Source of the DNA: an uncultured Ruminococcus sp.
GTDB taxonomy: Bacteria; Bacillota; Clostridia; Oscillospirales; Acutalibacteraceae
Length of the DNA: 64,000 nt
Direction of reading: 5' to 3'
Assembly: GCA_964387615.1 (NCBI GenBank)
Contig: CAYLXT010000001.1
Coordinates: 1,516 to 65,515, forward strand
In this document: positions 29,405 to 38,831 of the stretch, piece after piece
How the letters are laid out: every line of letters starts with the position of its first letter
Numbering within the stretch: position 1 is the first letter of the stretch
Notes under the pieces: model-generated
What the model saw: the letters and a program-made list of their open reading frames with translations, nothing else
The model's database searches: none
What the model was told of the DNA's origin: nothing
Translations under genes and position numbers: made by a program

Positions 29405-30113
29405 AACCGATAAAGGCAAAGTGCGTAGCATTAATCAAGACGCTTTTTATATCAATACTTTGCCCAATGGCTCTGTTATGGCAGTTGTGTGTGACGGTAT
29501 GGGCGGAGCAAGTGCGGGCGATATAGCAAGCAAAACAGCAGTTGAAATAATATCACAATATGTTTTAAACGGCTATAATCCTTCTATGACTTCAGATAAT
29601 ATTTCAAGACTGATTGATAATGCAATTACTTCTGCCAATATTGAGGTATATAATTTATCCAAAAAGGATGGACACTTAAGCGGAATGGGAACAACCGTTG
29701 TTGCTGCGGTTGTATCTGATTCGTATGCTGTTATATGCAATGTTGGCGACAGTCGCGCTTATTTATTAAGTGATGTGCTTGTTCAAATTACACGCGACCA
29801 TTCGGTTGTGCAATCTCTTGTAGAAAGTGGTGAACTTTCGCCGGAGGAAGCACGTGTTCATCCCGAAAAAAATGTCATTACCCGCGCACTTGGCGTGGAA
29901 GAAAACATCTTGATCGATACTTATTGTATAGATATTAAAAATGGTGATAAGGTTTTGCTCTGTACCGATGGACTCAGCAATTACGTAACCTCAGAAGGTA
30001 TTATAAGCATTGTAAATGACAATGCTTTAGATAAGGTGACAGATTTATTAATTAAAGAAGCCAATCTTGGCGGCGGTCGTGACAATATTACAGCGGCTGT
30101 TATATCCCACTGA
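29388..30113 (+). CDS. stp: PP2C-family Ser/Thr phosphatase (Stp/PrpC)
   Basis: GTG start after GGAGG. The product contains TDKGKVRSINQDAF...VCDGMGG...GMGTT...CTDGLSN...DNITA. Confidence 0.93.
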   Translation: MQIFAKTDKGKVRSINQDAFYINTLPNGSVMAVVCDGMGGASAGDIASKTAVEIISQYVLNGYNPSMTSDNISRLIDNAITSANIEVYNLSKKDGHLSGMGTTVVAAVVSDSYAVICNVGDSRAYLLSDVLVQITRDHSVVQSLVESGELSPEEARVHPEKNVITRALGVEENILIDTYCIDIKNGDKVLLCTDGLSNYVTSEGIISIVNDNALDKVTDLLIKEANLGGGRDNITAAVISH

Positions 30114-30134
30114 TTGAAAGGATAGTGCTATATT

Positions 30135-32282
30135 ATGGATAGATTTGTAGGTAAACGTTTAGACGGCAGATATGAAATACAGGAGATTATAGGTGTTGGC
30201 GGCATGGCCGTTGTGTACAAAGCGCACGATAATGTCGAAAACCGTACGGTTGCTATTAAAATTCTTAAAGAAGAATTTGTTTCAAATGAAGAATTTATCC
30301 GTCGCTTTAAAAATGAATCAAAGGCAATTGCGGTGCTTTCGCATCCAAATATTGTTAAGGTTTATGATGTAAGCTTTGGTGATCTAATTCAATATATTGT
30401 TATGGAGTACATAGATGGTATTACCTTAAAAGAATTTATTGAGCGTCAGGGTAGCCTTAGATGGAAAGATGCTGTGTACTTTACTATTCAGATATTAAAG
30501 GGCTTGCAGCATGCACACGATAAGGGTATTGTTCACCGCGATGTTAAACCTCAGAATATTATGGTGCTCTCAGACGGAACAATAAAGGTTGCTGACTTTG
30601 GTATTGCACGATTTGCAAGAAATGAACAGCGAACAATTACCGATAAGGCTATCGGCTCTGTGCATTATATCAGTCCCGAACAGGCACGCGGTGAAAAAAC
30701 CGATGAAAAGGCAGATATTTATTCGGTAGGCGTTATGCTATATGAAATGCTTACCGGTCAATTGCCGTTTGAGGCCGAAAGTGCTGTATCGGTAGCAATT
30801 ATGCAGCTTCAACGTGATCCTAAGTTACTTACTGAAATTAACCCTGCTATTCCTGTTGGCCTTGAACAAATTACAATGCATGCTATGCAAAAAACACCGG
30901 AGCGCCGTTATCAGTCTGCTTCAGAGTTGCTTTGTGATTTAGAACAGTTTAAAAAAGATCCCGAAGCTACATTTGACTATTCTTATTTTGTTGATAATTC
31001 TCCTACAAAATTTGTTGATACTCTCATATCCTCTACGCCCGCATCCGCGGTTGTTGAGGAAGAAGACGAAGTTGTAGAAGAAATAAAAGAAAAGAACAAT
31101 ATGATACCCATTCTTGCCGGTATTGCTTCCGCATTAGTTATTGCTATTATCGTTTTGGCAATAATTTTTGTGCCTAAGTTGTTCAAGGGTACGGGCGCAG
31201 AAATTGAATGTCCTAAATTTGTTGGTATGACTATTGAAGAGGTTAAAAAGCACGAAAACTTTAATTCTTTTGATATTGAATGGGAATACACGGCAAGCGA
31301 AGAATACGAAATTGGTGTTGTTTGCGACCAGTCACAATCCGCAGGTAAAAAGCTTAAAAATGGTGCTGCAATTACACTCTATGTAAGTACCGGTCAGACC
31401 AATATTAAGGTTCCCGATGTTTATGGTAAAACCGAATCATATGCGGTTTCAGAGCTAAAATCAAAAGGCTTTGCAACGGTTGTTAAAGAGGTTGCAGATG
31501 ATGAGGTTGAAGCAGGTCTTGTTATAAAGACCGACCCTGCACGCACTACCGTTATGGCTGAAGGTGCGGAAATTACTGTTTATGTAAGTACCGGCAAGGC
31601 GACAAAAATGCTTGATATTCCTAACGTTGTAGGTCTTACAGAGGAAAAGGCAAAGGCTGATATTGAAAAATTAGGTCTTGTTGTAGAGAGCGAGCCTCGC
31701 GATCTTACTGCCAATGAAAAAGAATATCCAAAGGGATATGTTATCGCACAGGAACCTGATGCAAATTCAACTGAAAAGGTACCCGAAGGTACTACAATCA
31801 AGATTTACGTAAGTACAGGTGTTACAAATTATACCTATGCACCATCTGTTGCAATAAGAAACGACTTTACCGACTACGAAACAACAGGTTACGTATCTAT
31901 TTGGTCTGACGGTAAAATGATCAAGGAAAGCGAAAAACTTGATTTTTCCGAAAAAAGCACATATACCTTTGAAAAGATGATAGGAACTGAAAAAGAACTT
32001 GAATATACCGTTAAGGTTCGTTTTGGTACAGATGAGGAATATTATAGTTACGCTACAATAAAGGTGGATGCTTCCAAGGATAAAACTACCGAAATCAATA
32101 AGAAAAACGACTATAAAAAGTATGTATCAAAAACAGAAGTGCCGGCAACAACTTTCTGTGAGGATTGCGGAGCCAAGCTGGAAGAGGGTGTAACACATAC
32201 TGATGCTGATCACGAAACCTGCGCGGATTGTGGTACTGTTTATCCAAAGGATTCGCTCCACGAGTGTTCGGCTGTAGAATAA
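30135..32282 (+). CDS. prkC: Ser/Thr protein kinase PrkC-like with three PASTA repeats and an extended extracellular C-terminus
   Basis: Kinase motifs GVGGMAVVYKA, HRDVKPQN, DFGIA and SPEQ, followed by one TM segment. Three PASTA units each end in ...YVSTG. The tail is a beta-rich domain followed by a CxxC...CxxC segment. Confidence 0.93.
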   Translation: MDRFVGKRLDGRYEIQEIIGVGGMAVVYKAHDNVENRTVAIKILKEEFVSNEEFIRRFKNESKAIAVLSHPNIVKVYDVSFGDLIQYIVMEYIDGITLKEFIERQGSLRWKDAVYFTIQILKGLQHAHDKGIVHRDVKPQNIMVLSDGTIKVADFGIARFARNEQRTITDKAIGSVHYISPEQARGEKTDEKADIYSVGVMLYEMLTGQLPFEAESAVSVAIMQLQRDPKLLTEINPAIPVGLEQITMHAMQKTPERRYQSASELLCDLEQFKKDPEATFDYSYFVDNSPTKFVDTLISSTPASAVVEEEDEVVEEIKEKNNMIPILAGIASALVIAIIVLAIIFVPKLFKGTGAEIECPKFVGMTIEEVKKHENFNSFDIEWEYTASEEYEIGVVCDQSQSAGKKLKNGAAITLYVSTGQTNIKVPDVYGKTESYAVSELKSKGFATVVKEVADDEVEAGLVIKTDPARTTVMAEGAEITVYVSTGKATKMLDIPNVVGLTEEKAKADIEKLGLVVESEPRDLTANEKEYPKGYVIAQEPDANSTEKVPEGTTIKIYVSTGVTNYTYAPSVAIRNDFTDYETTGYVSIWSDGKMIKESEKLDFSEKSTYTFEKMIGTEKELEYTVKVRFGTDEEYYSYATIKVDASKDKTTEINKKNDYKKYVSKTEVPATTFCEDCGAKLEEGVTHTDADHETCADCGTVYPKDSLHECSAVE

Positions 32283-32284
32283 TT

Positions 32285-33169
32285 ATGACAGGTATACTTA
32301 TTAAAGCAATTTCCGGCTTTTACTATGTCGCTTGTGACAGTAATGTATACGAATGTAAAGCCAGGGGAAACTTTCGCAAGGCGGGAGTTTCCCCTGTTGT
32401 GGGTGATAATGTTAAATTTACTTTAACCGATAATACTCACGGCATAGTTGAAGGTATATGTGATAGAAAAAATCTGTTTAACCGACCGCTTGTTGCTAAT
32501 ATAGATAAATTGTTTATCGTATCTGCTTTCACTACGCCCGCTCCTGATACTCTTATGATTGACAGACTTGCAGCACTGGCGGTTTATAACGATATTGAAC
32601 CTATAATAGTGTTTAATAAATCCGATATGGGTAGCTTTGATGATTTTTACAACATTTATACAAAAGCCGGATTTAAAACCTTTATTGTATCGGCAAAGGA
32701 AAATAAGGGTATTGATTGTTTAAAATCAGAAATGAAAAACAGCGTTTGCGCTTTTTCAGGAAATTCAGGTGTAGGAAAATCAAGTATACTTAATGCTTTA
32801 TTTCCCGAGTTACAGTTAAAAACCGGTGAGGTTAGTGATAAATTAGGTCGCGGACGGCATACAACGCGTCACACTGAATTGTTTTTTGTGGGTGATGGTG
32901 CTTATGTTGTTGATACACCGGGCTTTTCTACCGTTGAAACACAAGAAAATTTATATGAGTTCAAACTTTCACTTGCAGATTGTTTTCTTGATTTCAGCGA
33001 TTATTCAGACGGCTGTAAATTTACCTCATGCTCTCACACGACCGAAAAAGGCTGTGCTGTAATTGAGGCGGTAAATAATGGAAAAATTCAAAAATCGCGT
33101 CATGATAGTTATGTCGCTTTAATGAATGAATTAAAATATGTTACTGCGTGGAATAACAAACAAAAATAA
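32285..33169 (+). CDS. rsgA: ribosome small-subunit-dependent GTPase A
   Basis: The ATG at 32285 gives MTGILIKAISGFYYV. There is an OB domain, circularly permuted GTPase motifs (NKSD, GNSGVGKSS, DTPGF) and a C-terminal Cys/His zinc cluster. Confidence 0.94.
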   Translation: MTGILIKAISGFYYVACDSNVYECKARGNFRKAGVSPVVGDNVKFTLTDNTHGIVEGICDRKNLFNRPLVANIDKLFIVSAFTTPAPDTLMIDRLAALAVYNDIEPIIVFNKSDMGSFDDFYNIYTKAGFKTFIVSAKENKGIDCLKSEMKNSVCAFSGNSGVGKSSILNALFPELQLKTGEVSDKLGRGRHTTRHTELFFVGDGAYVVDTPGFSTVETQENLYEFKLSLADCFLDFSDYSDGCKFTSCSHTTEKGCAVIEAVNNGKIQKSRHDSYVALMNELKYVTAWNNKQK

Positions 33170-33184
33170 TTTTGGGGATAGTTT

Positions 33185-33769
33185 ATGTTTATTACCGTAT
33201 TTTTAACAGGTATTGCGCTTTCGATGGATGCTTTTGCCGTAGCCATTTGCAAGGGTCTTAAAATGCAAAAAATGAATTATAAGCAAATGAGTCTTATAGC
33301 TTTATTTTTTGGCGGTTTTCAGGCACTTATGCCGTTTATTGGTTGGGCGTTGGGTCATAGCTTTAAAAGTTATATTGAGGGCTTTGATCATTGGGTAGCT
33401 TTCGCGTTGCTTGTTTTTATAGGCGGCAAAATGATTTACGAGTCGTTTAAAGGCGAAGACGATGATGATTGCGGCGAATTTGATATTAAAGAACTGTTTG
33501 TTATGGCTGTTGCTACCAGTATAGACGCAATGGCGGCAGGTATCGCTTTTGCGATTGACGGTGTTGATACTTTGGTTGATATTTTATTATCTGTTTTAAT
33601 CATTGGCATTACTACCTTTATTTTATCAGCAATCGGTGTATTTATCGGTCATAAATTTGGCACTGTTTATAAAAGCAAGGCTGAGCTTGCCGGAGGTATT
33701 ATTTTAATACTTATCGGTGCAAAAATTCTTTTAGAGCATTTAGGTATTCTTAATATCAACCTGTTTTAA
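33185..33769 (+). CDS. mntP: manganese efflux pump MntP
   Basis: GIALSMDAFAVAI and a repeated ATSIDAMAAGIAF motif in a 6-TM protein. Confidence 0.9.
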   Translation: MFITVFLTGIALSMDAFAVAICKGLKMQKMNYKQMSLIALFFGGFQALMPFIGWALGHSFKSYIEGFDHWVAFALLVFIGGKMIYESFKGEDDDDCGEFDIKELFVMAVATSIDAMAAGIAFAIDGVDTLVDILLSVLIIGITTFILSAIGVFIGHKFGTVYKSKAELAGGIILILIGAKILLEHLGILNINLF

Positions 33770-33771
33770 AA

Positions 33772-35232
33772 ATGGATATTTTAAAAAGACCGATGTTTTT
33801 TGCGGCGATTGGTTGCTGTCTTGCTTCAGCGATATCAATTTTCGTTATGACGATTTCGTATTTGTTTATAGCCATTACAATTGCGTTTTTGATTTTTATT
33901 GCTGTTTATTACAAAAAATACAAGTACATAACTGTTGTTTTAGCGATTGTGTTGTTTACAGTTAGTTTAATTGTCGAGTTTACAAAAATTAATAACTTAA
34001 ATGAACACAATGGAGAAAAAATAACCGGTAGTTTTTTGGTAACAGAAGAAACCGTTGATCACGGGCTTTTTAATAGTGTTACTTTAAAAGAGGTAAGCTG
34101 TGATTCAATTCCCAACAATATTAAAATATTGATTTTTGATTATGAGAAAACAGAACTTAAAACCGGGGAGATTGTAAATGCAACATTAAAATTAAGTGTT
34201 GTAGACGAGTACAGCAAGTACAGAATTTCCGATTATGGTAACGGAATTTATGCTACCGCAAGTTTATCAGAAATTGAAAAAAGCGGAGATTATAATCCGT
34301 TTTATAAGACAGCGGGAAACATTCGTTCTTATGTCATAAATACTGTAACTTCGCGTTTTAATGACGATACTGCGGGACTTTTGGTAGCACTTACTACAGG
34401 CGACAAAACATTGCTGAGTGACAAATTTCTCGGCAATATAAAAACAACCGGTATCAGTCACGTTGTGGTAGTATCAGGTATGCATCTTGCGATTATAATG
34501 ATGGCAATATTCTGGTGTATGGATAGGCTTTTTTATAACAAATACATACGCTGTGTTTTATCAATTATATCGGTTTTTATTATCTCTGCAGTGTGTGGCT
34601 TTACAATGTCTATTTTAAGGGCGGGTGTTATGTTTGTAATCGCAGGTTTAGCTCCTGTGTTTAACCGTGATAACGATTCACTCAACTCCCTTTTAACTGC
34701 TGTGACGATTGTGCTTATTGGTGCGCCATTTGCGATTTTAAATGTATCTTTTCAGTTGTCGGTTTTATCAACCCTTGCAATAATTTGGGTTGTACCATTT
34801 TATTCGCGACTTATAAAAGAAAGGTTCAGCATAAAATCAAAAATCATAAAGGTTTTGGTTGACACATTCCTCTGTTCAATTTCTGCTATAATCTTTACCT
34901 TGCCGGTAACTATTAAAATTTTCGGTTATATATCAATTGTATCACCACTTACAAATTTTATAATTTCATATCCAGTGATGATAGCGCTGATTTTTAATAT
35001 TGCAGCGTTGATTGTATCGGCTATACCTTTATTAAAAATATTCTGCGAGATTTTATTTTTTGTTGCGGGACTTTCGTCAAGATTTATCGTATATTCGGTT
35101 AATACTATAGCAAAACTTCCTATAACTGTTGCCGTACTTCCTAAAAGTGCATTCTGGTGGTCGGTACTATTAATTGCAGGGGTTATCGGATATATGTATT
35201 ATCATATATTAACAAAGAAAAGAAGTGATTAA
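33772..35232 (+). CDS. comEC: ComEC/Rec2 family membrane protein (short form without the metallo-beta-lactamase domain)
   Basis: Polytopic protein with the competence-domain signature TGISHVVVVSGMHL. No HxHxDH motif is present. Confidence 0.85.
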   Translation: MDILKRPMFFAAIGCCLASAISIFVMTISYLFIAITIAFLIFIAVYYKKYKYITVVLAIVLFTVSLIVEFTKINNLNEHNGEKITGSFLVTEETVDHGLFNSVTLKEVSCDSIPNNIKILIFDYEKTELKTGEIVNATLKLSVVDEYSKYRISDYGNGIYATASLSEIEKSGDYNPFYKTAGNIRSYVINTVTSRFNDDTAGLLVALTTGDKTLLSDKFLGNIKTTGISHVVVVSGMHLAIIMMAIFWCMDRLFYNKYIRCVLSIISVFIISAVCGFTMSILRAGVMFVIAGLAPVFNRDNDSLNSLLTAVTIVLIGAPFAILNVSFQLSVLSTLAIIWVVPFYSRLIKERFSIKSKIIKVLVDTFLCSISAIIFTLPVTIKIFGYISIVSPLTNFIISYPVMIALIFNIAALIVSAIPLLKIFCEILFFVAGLSSRFIVYSVNTIAKLPITVAVLPKSAFWWSVLLIAGVIGYMYYHILTKKRSD

Positions 35233-35233
35233 A

Positions 35234-36289
35234 ATGCCAATAGTATATGAAGAACAACTAAGAAAAGATATTACAGGCAAGCATTTTGCACCTGTATATC
35301 TTATTTTTGGCGATGATTCATATTTAAAAAATTACTATAAAGACACTTTGGCAAAAAAAGCTTCTGACGGCGATCCTTTTTTTAATCTTCAAAAATTTGA
35401 AGGCGATACTGATTTACAAGAGGTGTTTGACGCTGTAAATCAGTATCCAATGATGGCAGAGCGCAAAAGCGTTGTGCTGTCCGATTTTGATTTTGAGCAC
35501 TGTGCCAAAAGTGATTTTGACCGTCTATCAGAACTCATTTTAAATGCTAATAATACCTGTGTTTTAATTATTTGCTTTGATACTGTGGAGTTTGATGCGA
35601 AAAAGGGCGCAAAAGAAAAGAAATTATTGGCAGCTGTTGAAAAGATTGGCGGAAAATGTGCCGAAATAAACCATCGCAGTATTACAGCGCTTGTAAAAAT
35701 GCTCTCCGACGGAGCAAAAAAACGCGGTTGCAATTTTGGTGAAATTGCAGCCAGACGTTTGATAGAAACATCAGGTTCAGATCTGTGCACGCTAAAAAAC
35801 GAGCTTGATAAGCTTTGCGCCTATGTCGGCAGCGGCGATATTACCAAAGAAATTGTAGAGCAAATTGCGGTTAAGTCGGTTGACGCATCGGTTTATGAAT
35901 ATGTAAAACAAATACTTGCTGGTGATGTATCAAATGCCTTAACAATGCTTGATGATATGTTTTTTATGCGCATAGAGCCAATGATAATTTTGAGTGTTAC
36001 TGCATCAAGTTATGTTGATATTTACCGCGCCTACACCGCTAATGTTAAAGGCATATTAAAGGCGGATATTGCCGCCGACTTTAAATATCCAAAAAATAAG
36101 CTGTTTTTAATTGACAGAGCATATCAAAGTCTTAAAAAATTTAATGTTATAAAATTACGGCTAAGCCTTGAGAAAATTGCCGAAGCTGATAAATCACTTA
36201 AAAGCTTTGGCGCTGATCCACGCAATATACTTGAACAGTTAACCGTAAAACTTGTGTATATTCTTGCAAAGGGTGAGACGGTTGATTAA
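35234..36289 (+). CDS. holA: DNA polymerase III subunit delta
   Basis: PVYLIFGDDSYL..., the size and the position after comEC are typical of Firmicute holA. A GTG at 35225 is an alternative start. Confidence 0.88.
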   Translation: MPIVYEEQLRKDITGKHFAPVYLIFGDDSYLKNYYKDTLAKKASDGDPFFNLQKFEGDTDLQEVFDAVNQYPMMAERKSVVLSDFDFEHCAKSDFDRLSELILNANNTCVLIICFDTVEFDAKKGAKEKKLLAAVEKIGGKCAEINHRSITALVKMLSDGAKKRGCNFGEIAARRLIETSGSDLCTLKNELDKLCAYVGSGDITKEIVEQIAVKSVDASVYEYVKQILAGDVSNALTMLDDMFFMRIEPMIILSVTASSYVDIYRAYTANVKGILKADIAADFKYPKNKLFLIDRAYQSLKKFNVIKLRLSLEKIAEADKSLKSFGADPRNILEQLTVKLVYILAKGETVD

Positions 36290-36896
36290 ACTAAGTCAGG
36301 CCGTAATAGTTGAGGGAAAATACGATAAAATTACACTTGAAAACGTTGTTGATGCTACAATACTAACAACAAACGGTTTTCGTATTTTTAAGGACAAGGA
36401 AAAGCGCGATTTAATCCGACTTTTAGCAGAGCGTCACGGTATAGTTGTAATAACCGATTCCGATAGCGCAGGCGCACTTATCCGCTCACATCTTAAACAA
36501 ATCTGCCCCGAAAACACTATAACTAATGTCTATGTGCCACAACTTAAGGGAAAAGAAAAACGCAAAGACAAACATTCTAAAGAAGGTTTTTTAGGTGTTG
36601 AGGGTATGACGCAGCAAACACTTATAGACGCGCTTAACCGTAGTGGTATAACAGGGGATAATGTTACGCAAAAAAGCGGTAAAAAAATTACCAAATCTTT
36701 ATTATTTTCTCTCGGCATTTCGGGTGGAGTAAACAGTTCGTTATTACGCAACGAATTGGCTGAATATCTTAATTTACCGAAAGGTATGTCTGGCAATGCA
36801 TTTTTAGATTGTGTAAATGCCGTATTTGGTTATGATGAATTTATTAAGGCGGTGGAATTATGGCGGAAAGCCGAGCAAGACGTGGACAAAAGGTAA
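36273..36896 (+). CDS. Toprim-domain protein, ribonuclease M5-like (Toprim + DUF4093 architecture)
   Basis: AVIVEGKYDKITL...TTNGF...IVVITDSDSAGALIR parallels the RNase M5 VVEGxxD...TNG...LTDPDxxGExIR layout. The start is uncertain (GTG 36273 or TTG 36282), and the gene overlaps the end of holA. Confidence 0.7.
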   Translation: MRRLIKLSQAVIVEGKYDKITLENVVDATILTTNGFRIFKDKEKRDLIRLLAERHGIVVITDSDSAGALIRSHLKQICPENTITNVYVPQLKGKEKRKDKHSKEGFLGVEGMTQQTLIDALNRSGITGDNVTQKSGKKITKSLLFSLGISGGVNSSLLRNELAEYLNLPKGMSGNAFLDCVNAVFGYDEFIKAVELWRKAEQDVDKR

Positions 36897-37870
36897 AGCT
36901 TTTATATATAATAAAAATACTTACAGAGCTTACCGATGAAGAGCATCCGTTATCTGCAACTGAAATTTGCGAGAAATTAGCGACATATGATGTAACAGCC
37001 GAGCGCAAAGCGATATACGACGATATAGAGTGTCTTATATCTTTTGGATATGATATAGTGCAAACGCGTGTGCCCAAAAACGGATATTTCTTAGCAAGCC
37101 GTGATTTTGAGTTGCCCGAGGTGTTTTTGCTTGGTGATGCTGTGCGAACGGCAAAGTTTATAAGCGAAAAGAAAACTCGTGAGCTTACAAGTAAGCTTGA
37201 TAAACTACTCAGTCGCTATCAATCCAAAAATAATCTGCGTGGTATTTATATTGATGGCAGCAGCAAAACCCACAATGAAGAACTGTTTTATAACATTGAC
37301 CGCATAAATACCGCAATTGAACAGGGCAAAAAAATCAAATTCACATACAGTAAAAAGGTTTTACGTGAGGGCAGACAAATTGTAACCGAATCAAAAACGC
37401 GTGTTGTTAGTCCTTATGCTATGACATGGCAATTTGATTATTATTATCTTATCGGTAATTATGATAAATACGATAATCTTATGAATCTGCGCATTGACCG
37501 TATACACTCGGTTGAAATAACCGATGAACCGATTCGTCATTTCAGTGAAGTAAGTGCCTACCGCGATACGTTTGATGTTGCCGATTACACCAAAAAGCTT
37601 TTCGGTATGTTTGGCGGAAACACGCAGGAAATTAAGCTTCGTTGCAGCAACAAAATACTTGAGCAGGTAACCGACCGTTTTGGCGATAGTATTTTTATAA
37701 TAAACGTGACGGAAACTACATTTGATTTCACCGTAAAAGCCGCCGTAAGCGATGCTCTTGTTACTTGGATTATGAACTACGAAGATAAAATTGAGGTCGT
37801 ATCTCCTGACGAACTGCGTGATAAAATTGTGAGTAGGGCAGAGAAAATTCTAAAGATTTATAAAAATTAA
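36860..37870 (+). CDS. WYL-domain transcriptional regulator (wHTH-WYL-WCX architecture)
   Basis: N-terminal KVKLLYIIKILTELTDEEHPLSATEICEKL (HTH). Central KIKFTYSKK...VVSPYAMTWQFDYYYLIGNYDK...LRIDRIHSVEI (WYL/Sm-like). Confidence 0.85.
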   Translation: MAESRARRGQKVKLLYIIKILTELTDEEHPLSATEICEKLATYDVTAERKAIYDDIECLISFGYDIVQTRVPKNGYFLASRDFELPEVFLLGDAVRTAKFISEKKTRELTSKLDKLLSRYQSKNNLRGIYIDGSSKTHNEELFYNIDRINTAIEQGKKIKFTYSKKVLREGRQIVTESKTRVVSPYAMTWQFDYYYLIGNYDKYDNLMNLRIDRIHSVEITDEPIRHFSEVSAYRDTFDVADYTKKLFGMFGGNTQEIKLRCSNKILEQVTDRFGDSIFIINVTETTFDFTVKAAVSDALVTWIMNYEDKIEVVSPDELRDKIVSRAEKILKIYKN

Positions 37871-37878
37871 AAAAACAC

Positions 37879-37907
37879 TTGCAATTCGCAAAGTGTTATG
37901 ATATAAT
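37879..37907 (+). promoter_or_regulatory. sigma-A promoter for rpsB-tsf
   Basis: TTGCAA, a 17-nt spacer and TATAAT, with an extended -10 TGa. It would give a roughly 125-nt leader. Confidence 0.55.
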
Positions 37908-38041
37908 TTATCGGCTACTGTAAAGGTGGCAAAAAATATTACACACATTCTGTATTATGCTTGCTAGAGGTGTGACCGCTGATACAAGGTCAGTACCGCA
38001 GGCTTTACGGGATGGAGGAAAAACCTCAGGAGGAAAAAACT

Positions 38042-38794
38042 ATGGCAGTTGTATCAATGAAACAACTTCTTGAAGCAGGTGTACACTTTGGTCACCAGAC
38101 AAGACGTTGGAATCCGAAAATGGCTGAGTACATTTTCACAGAAAGAAACGGTATCTACATTATCGACCTTCAGAAGACCGTTAAGAAGCTTAACGAGGCT
38201 TACTTGTTTGCTCGTGACATCGCAGCAGCAGGCGGCGATATCCTTTTCGTAGGCACAAAGAAACAGGCTCAGGATTCTGTTAAAGAAGAAGCAGAGCACT
38301 GCGGTATGCCCTATGTTAACGCTCGTTGGCTTGGCGGTATGCTCACAAACTTCAGCACCATCCGTACCCGTATCGCTCGTTTAGAGCAGCTCCGTGCTAT
38401 GCGTGATGACGGCACATTTGACCTTCTTCCTAAAAAGGAAGTTGCTACCCTTACTCTTGAAATCGAGAAGCTTGAAAAGTTCATCGGCGGTATCCAGAAT
38501 ATGAATAAGATCCCCGGCGCACTCTTCATCGTTGACCCTCGCAAAGAGAGAATTGCTGTTGCTGAAGCAAAGAAGCTCGGTATTCCGATCATCGCTATCG
38601 TAGACACCAACTGCGATCCTGACGAAATTGACGCAGTTATCCCCGGTAACGACGACGCTATCCGCGCTGTTAAGCTCATTGCCGAAACTATCGCTGCTGC
38701 TGTTATCGAAGGCAGACAGGGTGAAGAGATGGGCACCGCTGCAAATGATGCTGAAGAAGTAGCAGAAGAAGCTACCGAAGAAGCAGCTGAATAA
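38042..38794 (+). CDS. rpsB: 30S ribosomal protein S2
   Basis: The ATG at 38042 follows AGGAGG. The product begins [27 protein letters not shown]. Confidence 0.97.
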   Translation: MAVVSMKQLLEAGVHFGHQTRRWNPKMAEYIFTERNGIYIIDLQKTVKKLNEAYLFARDIAAAGGDILFVGTKKQAQDSVKEEAEHCGMPYVNARWLGGMLTNFSTIRTRIARLEQLRAMRDDGTFDLLPKKEVATLTLEIEKLEKFIGGIQNMNKIPGALFIVDPRKERIAVAEAKKLGIPIIAIVDTNCDPDEIDAVIPGNDDAIRAVKLIAETIAAAVIEGRQGEEMGTAANDAEEVAEEATEEAAE

Positions 38795-38831
38795 TTTTAA
38801 TTTAATACTACTCTAAAGGAGATATAATACT

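Noticed and set aside
33170-33184. yybP-ykoY manganese riboswitch expected upstream of mntP
   Set aside because: Only 15 nt separate the rsgA stop from the mntP start, which leaves no room for a riboswitch.
38311-38736. 141-aa ORF on the minus strand
   Set aside because: It is antisense to rpsB and its Ser/Ile/Ala-rich composition is a shadow-frame artefact.
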